Shown here: positions 1 through 5,007 of the stretch, piece by piece
Numbering within the stretch: the first letter of the stretch is position 1
Layout of the letters: the number at the start of each line of letters is the position of its first letter
From: Octopus sinensis
Taxonomy: Eukaryota
Reading direction: 5' to 3'
Assembly: GCF_006345805.1 (NCBI RefSeq)
Contig: NW_021830329.1
Coordinates: forward strand, 1 to 5,007
Length of the DNA stretch: 5,007 nt
The notes under the pieces: model-generated
The model's database searches: none
Seen by the model: the letters and a program-made list of their open reading frames with translations, nothing else
What the model was told of the DNA's origin: nothing
Program-made: the position numbers and the translations under genes

Positions 1-529
1 AATAGATCTATTTCTTGTTGTTTAGATTTTAACAATCAACAAAATTAACTGCTTTCAGGATTCGAAACTGCAGCCTCATTGTTTGTGGATTCTTCAATGT
101 TCAGCTACTCTCACGACTGATAGAAAATTTTAAAAAATTATTTCTCCATACTACGCCTGTCAAGAAACCGCGTCAACAGCAATGATTCTCTGCAGGAGAT
201 GAAATACTATCGCTGGATGGAGATACCAATTTCTTGGGTAGTTATGCGTGAGATTGCAAAACGATACAATTGCAACTTTCCTTTTTTTTTCTCTGCCTGG
301 TCTACATCTTTCAAACTTTAATTGACAAATGTCAAGAACTCAGCTTTGCTTTAACCAAATGCAGCTCCTCTTGTTACACCCCAGTAAACATCAAATCCCT
401 GCCCTTCCACAAGACTTTGAACCTGCTGGAGATGTTGGTAGTTATATCTTTATAGCCAATGCTTCAATGAATGAATACATCTGCATCAGTCAGGATGACT
501 CAGTGTCTATGATTAAATAAAGCCTCTAA

Positions 530-740
530 AATCTAGCCATATCTGGCTCAAATATTCTACCAGTTTTATGTTCAAACTGGCCAGATCCAGCCTCTCACAG
601 CTACCCTAAAATGTCTTTCTAAAAATAAACCATCATCTCATTAAAATTTCGAAGTTACTAGATAATTACAATTAATTGAAAACATTGTGAATGAATAAGC
701 ATTGCATTCCACAGAAGTAACCTGAATGCTAAATGGTTTA
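530..740. mobile_element. Possible degenerate non-autonomous DNA transposon (piggyBac-like MITE) remnant
   Basis: The right end AATGCTAAATGGTTTA (725-740) resembles a degraded ...AATGCTAAAGGGTTAA terminus (piggyBac-type CCC end plus TTAA). Imperfect subterminal direct repeats lie at 530-549 and 574-593. The matching left TIR is not visible. Family resemblance is from memory of octopus repeats and is unverified. Confidence 0.35.
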
Positions 741-795
741 GGAGCAAAATCGTTTGCAGGATAGAAATGATGTCAATAATTCATGTTGCCAGGAG

Positions 796-849
796 TGGCT
801 GCGTGGTAAGTAGCTTGCTTACCAGCCACATGGTTCTGAGTTCAGTCCC
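796..849 (+). promoter_or_regulatory. Internal RNA Pol III promoter (A-box/B-box) of SINE A
   Basis: A-box-like TGGCTGCGTGG at 796-806 and B-box-like GAGTTCAGTCCC at 838-849, at tRNA-like spacing. Both deviate from consensus. Confidence 0.55.
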
Positions 850-948
850 ACTGCGTGGCACCTTGGGCAAGTGTCTTCTACTGTAGCCTCGGGCCGACCA
901 AAGCCTTGTGAGTGGATTTGGTAGATGGAAACTGAAAGCAGCCCGTCG

Positions 949-983
949 TATACATACATACATACATACATACATACGTACAT

Positions 984-1034
<51 letters not shown>

Positions 1035-1086
1035 TATATATATATATGTGTGTTTGTGTGTATATGTATGTATGTATGTATGTATA
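949..1086. repeat. Compound microsatellite (TACA)n-(CG)n-(CA)n-(TA)n-(TG)n-(TGTA)n inside SINE A
   Basis: Read directly from the sequence. Confidence 0.97.
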
Positions 1087-1656
1087 TGTTTGTGTGTCTG
1101 TGTTTGTCCCCCTAGCATTGCTTGACAACCGATGCTGGTGTGTTTACCTCCTCGTAACTTAGCGGTTCGGCATAAGAGACCGATAGAATATGTACTAGGC
1201 TTACAAAGAATAAGTCCTGGGATCGATTTGTTCAATTAAAGGCGGTGCTCCAGCATGGCCGCAGTCAAATGACTGAAACGAGTAAAAGAGTAAGTATGAG
1301 ATGTTACAGAGGGTCCCACTGTCATCGCAGCCTGACGACCTTCAACGCCATCGTAGGGCCAGAACAATTACTTGGGGGTGGGGTCAATGCTTGGATACTC
1401 TCTGAACAGCTGAAGACAAGGCTAAATAGTGCTTACTCCTGCACTGTAGAGGCAGCACTCTCTTAAAGCATGGACACATTGGATTGTTGCCTGGGGGCCA
1501 ACCTGGAATAGAGCGTGAGTTGCCAGTGCACTGATTTACTCAGGAGCCGATAAAGCTTCTAAGGCGACCCTGTTTAGAGATCGTTCTGGATATGTCAGAA
1601 AAAAGGCATCTGACCAAGCAAAGACTGTATGACAGTGCTTTTCGTAGAGAGAGAGT

Positions 1657-1959
1657 GGAGGCACATGGTTTAGTGGTTAGAGTAGTGGACTCGCGGTCGA
1701 GGGATCGCGGGTTCGAATCACAGATCGGGCGATGTGTGTGCTAATGAGCAATACACCTAAGCTCCACGCGGCTCCAGCAGAAGGTAATGGGGAACTTCTG
1801 CTGATTCTTTCACCACAAATTTCCCCTACTCTTTTCTCCTGCATCTAGCAGCTCACTTGCGATGGACCGGCGTCCCGTCCAGGTGGGGAACCTATACGCC
1901 AAGGAAACCGGGAAACCGGCCCTTGTGAGCCAGGCATGGCTTGAGAAGAAACAAAAAAA
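1657..1959 (+). mobile_element. tRNA-derived SINE (family B)
   Basis: A-box TGGTTTAGTGG (1666-1676) followed by TTAGAG; B-box GGTTCGAATC (1710-1719); no acceptor-stem pairing or CCA; a GC-rich body unrelated to SINE A; an A-rich tail (1946-1959); flanked by identical TAGAGAGAGAG at 1645-1655 and 1961-1971. Confidence 0.8.
1666..1719 (+). promoter_or_regulatory. Internal RNA Pol III promoter (A-box/B-box) of SINE B
   Basis: Near-consensus A-box at 1666-1676 and B-box at 1710-1719. Confidence 0.75.
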
Positions 1960-1961
1960 TT

Positions 1962-2046
1962 AGAGAGAGAGAGGAGGAGAGAAGAGTGAGAGAAGAGTGA
2001 GAGAAGAGTGAGAGAAGAGAGAAGAGAGAGAGAGAGAAGAGTGAGA

Positions 2047-2078
<32 letters not shown>

Positions 2079-2079
2079 A
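1962..2079. repeat. AG-rich polypurine tract with an embedded 11-bp minisatellite (GAGAGAAGAGT)
   Basis: Almost pure A/G. The 11-mer is perfect at 1977-1987, 1988-1998 and 1999-2009, with a one-mismatch copy at 2010-2020. Confidence 0.95.
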
Positions 2080-2165
2080 TGCGTAGGGAGACGTATGTGT
2101 TTTGCGGGAATTGCTTGATAGCTAAAGAATAGCTTATTAGACATACAGACCTTTGGACAACTTGA

Positions 2166-2189
2166 CATGGATATATATATATATCCATG
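2166..2189. repeat. Perfect 24-bp palindrome CATGG(AT)7CCATG
   Basis: Read directly; it is its own reverse complement over 24 bp. Confidence 0.95.
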
Positions 2190-2317
2190 GGGCGGCTGTC
2201 CAGCAAGAACCTTCATCATCTAGCTCTGAGCGGACACGTAATTTTCCCCTATTGACCCCCCCTCCCAGATGAGTGACATTTAATATATATGTGTATCTAT
2301 ATATAAAGTTACAAATA

Positions 2318-3678
2318 ACTTACCAAGTCATAGGCCTTTGTCAGATCAATGAAGGCCATATATAATGGCATTTTCTGCTCTCTGGACTTCTCCTGAAGTT
2401 GGCCTATGGAGAATATCATGTCAATAGTTGATCTGCTTCTTCTAAAGCCACACTGCGATTCTAGATAAATTCGAGAAGCAAGAAGTTGCAACCTGGACAG
2501 GATAATGCGAGCAGAGGCCTTTCCAACAGTGCTTAGAAGAGATATTCCACGGTAATTGTACAATCACCACGGTCACCTTTGTTTTTTAAAGCGTTATGAT
2601 GTTAGCATCCCGCATATCCTGAGGGACTGTACCCTCTTCCCAGAACTGACACATGAATGTACCGAAGCAGGATGGTGTTTTTTCCGGTTTTGATGATCTC
2701 TAAGTGGATGCCGTCTTTTCCCGGAGCCTTGTTACTTGCTAGGGAGTCAATAGACTTGGTGAGCTCTGCTATAGATGGAAGTCTGCTAAGTTCACACATG
2801 ACTGGCAAGATCTTGACACCCTTGATTGCAGCCTCAGCTACTGTGGTCTCTCGTGAGTAGAGATCCTGGTAGTACTCCACCCATGTATCCATTTGCTTGC
2901 TTTAGTCCTTGATGAGATCCCCAGTAGTTGATTTCAGAGGGGCTGACTTGGTTGCGGATGGACCGAGGGCCTTCTTCAAACCGGCATACATCCCACGGGT
3001 GTCGCCACTGTCAGCAGCTGACTGGATACTCTGACAGACGTCCTGCCAATACCTATCTGCACAGCGTCTAGCAGTCAGTTGGGTTTTATTTCTTGCCTTT
3101 CTGCATGCTTCGAGTGACTTTGTAGAAGAATCACTCTTGTTACATCAGAGCTGCACGCTTTGTTTCGATAACTGTTTCCAGCTCTGAGAGCCCAGCACTG
3201 AACAAAATTTGGGTTTTGCCTTTCTCTCACGCCGAAAGCATCTATTGATGTGGTATACAAAGCTTCCCTGATATAATTCCACCTACTTTCAGCAGAGGAG
3301 GTTGGGCAACTACTGAGAGCAACCTTGATAGAAACAGCAAAACATTGTCGCAGTGTAGAGTCCGAGGTTCTGGCAGTGGTCGGCCCATTTTCTTGGAGTG
3401 ATGGACTTTTTTAGGCAGAATTCTCACCCTGCTTCTTATTGGTGAATGATCTGTGTCATAATCCGCGCTGTGGTAACTATGGGTCAGTTGAACAGAATTC
3501 AGAAAGGATCTTCGTGTAATGATGAGATCCAGCTGATGCCAGTGGTGAGATCTTGGATGTCTCCAAGATGCCTGTGGGATGTCTTGTTGGCAAAGAATGT
3601 GTTAGTGAGACACAGGTTATGGTATGTGCAAAATTCAAGTAGTCTCTGACCATTGTCATTCATGTTGCCAATACCAAA
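2318..3678 (-). pseudogene. Decayed RTE-clade (BovB-like) LINE ORF fragment: APE endonuclease C-terminus, linker and N-terminal half of reverse transcriptase
   Basis: Translation across frameshifts gives FGIGNMNDNGQRLLEFC...NTFF / SWRHPRSHHWHQLDLIITRR...SADYDTDH (APE C-terminal motifs); then KAPGKDGI, FWEEGTVPQDMRDANIITL, NYRGISLLSTVGK, ESQCGFRRSRSTIDMIF and EKSREQKMPLYMAFIDLTKAYDLVS (non-LTR RT motifs typical of RTE). Several frameshifts (about 3572, 3377, 3205, 3140, 2650, 2590, 2560) and an in-frame TAA at 2904-2902. Similarity stops before the YADD catalytic motif. Confidence 0.93.
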
Positions 3679-3690
3679 ACACATACCTTA

Positions 3691-3764
3691 CATATAACAT
3701 AATAATTATATATATTATATATATATATATTATATAGATTATATATTATATATATATATATATA
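3691..3764. repeat. AT-rich low-complexity / (TA)n tract
   Basis: Read directly; it abuts the upstream break of the RTE fragment. Confidence 0.93.
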
Positions 3765-3795
3765 CCATTGATTTGTTTCAGCTCTTTCTACGAAT

Positions 3796-3796
<1 letters not shown>

Positions 3797-3851
<55 letters not shown>

Positions 3852-3892
3852 ATACACACACACGCACACACACACACGCACACCACACACAC
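3797..3892. repeat. Compound microsatellite (TA)n-(TG)n-TATA-(CA)n
   Basis: Read directly. Confidence 0.97.
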
Positions 3893-3960
3893 AGAAAGAT
3901 AAATTGATAGATACAACTGAGTAGGTAAACAAAAATATTGAGACACTTCATAAACGTTTT

Positions 3961-4160
3961 ATATTTTGATAAGCCTGGTACTTATTCTATCAGTTTCTTC
4001 TTTGTGAAACCAGTAAGTCATGGGGATGTAAATAAACGAACACTAGTTGTGAAGCAGTGATGGGGGAGAAACACAAAGACACTCACATAGACTTACATAT
4101 ATACATACATATACATACAATTGATTTCTTTCAGTTTCTGCCTACAAAATCCACTGACAA
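3961..4160 (-). mobile_element. Diverged internal fragment of a SINE A-related element, antisense
   Basis: The reverse complement of 4128-4160 (TTGTCAGTGGATTTTGTAGGCAGAAACTGAAAG) aligns to 906-938. A short microsatellite follows (4081-4118). The reverse complement of 3961-4085 aligns to the SINE A 3' domain up to GAATAAGTACCAGGCTTA. Both the head and the tail are missing. Confidence 0.8.
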
Positions 4161-4288
4161 CATTTTTTGCCAATGACATTCATTGGACCCTAAGTAAGGC
4201 ATGTGTAAAATTTGAATGAAATTGGTTGTGTATTTCTCAAGTTTTAGGTATTCACACAGACAGGCAGACAAATGCACATTCTCAGTTT

Positions 4289-4299
<11 letters not shown>
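4161..4299 (-). mobile_element. Possible 5' terminal fragment of a non-autonomous Helitron-like element
   Basis: The minus strand reads (TA)nAAAACTGAGAATG...TGTCTGCCTGTCTG...CTAAAACTTGAGAA...CCAATTTCATTCAAATTTTACAC. This resembles, from memory, the ATCTATATATATAAAA / (TCTG)n / CTAAAACTCGAGAA 5' ends of invertebrate non-autonomous Helitrons. The terminal TC is absent and no 3' CTRR end is seen. Confidence 0.4.
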
Positions 4300-4323
<24 letters not shown>

Positions 4324-4519
4324 ATGTTTGTGTTTCTTTGTCCCCCCAACATCGCTTGACAACCGATGGTAGTGTGTTTGCGTCCTCATAACTTAGCGGT
4401 TCGGCAAAAGAGACCGATAGTACTAGGCTTATAAAGAATAAGTCCTGAGGTCGATTTGCTCGACTAAAGGCGGTGCTGCAGCATGACCGCAGTCAAATAA
4501 CTGAAACAAGTAAAAGAGT
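4289..4519 (+). mobile_element. 5'-truncated copy of SINE A (right half of microsatellite plus 3' domain)
   Basis: (TA)n(TG)n at 4289-4322, then 4325-4519 aligns colinearly to 1087-1291 with scattered substitutions and a 6-nt deletion after GATAG. Same AGTAAAAGAGT tail. Confidence 0.9.
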
Positions 4520-4747
4520 AGTATTTTAATTGTTACAGTCGATGGTTTAGCAAGAATTTGCTGAAAATTTGTTGCTGTCACTCAAAGGGTATGAAGGAAA
4601 TGTTTTTGAAGAATGAAAATTGTTCAAGAAAGAATTGGTTGAGTGTTGGCCATTGAGAATAATCAGCCTTGTTTAGAGCAGTGAGCAAAATTAATGTCGT
4701 GTTGGTCAGTGAGAAGAATCGGTCTAATATTGGTCAGTGATTCGATT

Positions 4748-5007
4748 TTGATTCGACGGTCATTCGGAATGCTCACAGCAGCCATATTCCTGCCACTCTA
4801 TGTCACGCTGGTGAGACCCATATTGGAGTATGGGATTCAAGCCTCTTCTCCTTATCTCCTCAAAGACATACAGCACCTCGAAAGAGTCCAGAGGCTGGCT
4901 ACCTGCCTGGTTCATGGTCTCAAAAATTTGTCCTACGAAGAAAGGCTGAGGACGCTCGACCTTTATTCTCTTGAAAAACGCTGCCCACAACATCATAAGC
5001 GGGAAGT
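4748..5007 (+). pseudogene. 5'-truncated CR1-clade LINE ORF2 fragment (region C-terminal to the RT core), continuing beyond the window
   Basis: Frame 4748-4981 translates LIRRSFGMLTAAIFLPLYVTLVRPILEYGIQASSPYLLKDIQHLERVQRLATCLVHGLKNLSYEERLRTLDLYSLEKR, matching the characteristic CR1 LYxxLVRPxLEY...LERVQRxAT...LSYEERL motif. After 4981 the usual RGDL segment is missing and the frame shifts (AHNIISGK). This frame is not in the supplied ORF track. Confidence 0.9.

Larger units (their letters stand above)
790..1291 (+). mobile_element. tRNA-derived SINE (family A), near full length, with internal microsatellite
   Basis: tRNA-like head with A-box and B-box; a CORE/MIR-like CCTTGGGCAAGT motif at 861-872; an internal microsatellite; and a ~200-nt 3' domain (1087-1291) repeated with high identity at 4325-4519. 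Ends in an AGTAAAAGAGT-type tail. Confidence 0.85.

Noticed and set aside
195-236. Short segment translating GDEILSLDG (PDZ-like) after a CAG
   Set aside because: Only about 14 codons with stops on both sides and a weak donor (GTAGTT); not enough to call an exon.
270-520. ORFs 270..455 and 329..520
   Set aside because: Short, no recognisable domain, overlapping in different frames; consistent with chance ORFs.
780-791. TTCATGTTGCCA shared between 780-791 and 3659-3670, as a possible TSD of a large composite insertion
   Set aside because: The second copy lies inside RTE coding sequence (GNMN), and about one exact 12-mer match is expected by chance in 5 kb.
781-1235. ORFs 781..1128, 819..1235, 908..1162 and 925..1125
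   Set aside because: They translate the microsatellite (HT/YI/CV/MY runs) and SINE sequence; artefacts of low stop-codon density.
1332-1416. Hammerhead core candidates CTGACGA (1332) and CTGAAGA (1410)
   Set aside because: No stem II followed by GAAA and no compatible stems I/III.
1657-1730. Possible real tRNA gene (loop CTCGCGG, anticodon CGC)
   Set aside because: The anticodon stem is mismatched, there is no acceptor-stem pairing, and it continues into a SINE body with tail and TSD.
1977-2020. Regular repeats as a CRISPR-like array
   Set aside because: Head-to-tail 11-mers with no unique spacers, in a eukaryotic microsatellite context.
1845-2219. ORFs 1845..2219 and 1892..2206 (Leu/Ser-rich, look hydrophobic)
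   Set aside because: They are the (CT)n strand of the AG tract plus antisense SINE B.
2657-3649. Plus-strand ORFs 2657..2860 and 3446..3649, and off-frame minus-strand ORF 3477..3659
   Set aside because: Antisense or out-of-frame shadows of the RTE pseudogene.
3660-4352. ORFs 3660..3932 and 4131..4352
   Set aside because: Dominated by microsatellite translation or repeat-junction sequence.
4760-4996. Minus-strand ORF 4760..4996
   Set aside because: Antisense shadow of the plus-strand CR1 ORF2 frame.

Overview
Eukaryotic, repeat-dense, apparently non-coding window. I find no intact protein-coding gene, tRNA, rRNA or CRISPR array. In order along the window: a possible MITE remnant (~530-740); a near full-length tRNA-derived SINE with an internal compound microsatellite (790-1291, +); a second, different tRNA-derived SINE (1657-1959, +) with an 11-bp target-site duplication running into an AG-rich tract; a decayed internal fragment of an RTE-clade LINE (APE endonuclease C-terminus to the first half of the RT, 2318-3678, -); AT/TG/CA microsatellites; a minus-strand fragment related to the first SINE (3961-4160); a possible Helitron-like terminus (4161-4299, -); a 3'-half copy of the first SINE (4289-4519, +); and a 5'-truncated CR1-clade LINE ORF2 fragment running off the end (4748-5007, +). 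From memory the SINE and MITE sequences look like octopus (coleoid cephalopod) repeats; this is inference, not a database result. Most ORFs in the supplied track are microsatellite or antisense artefacts. I cannot support a new biological system from this window. The best leads are an inverted SINE pair that could form dsRNA, fold-back microsatellites, HDV-ribozyme-like modules in non-canonical order inside the second SINE, and a cluster of non-B DNA motifs next to the broken LINE end.
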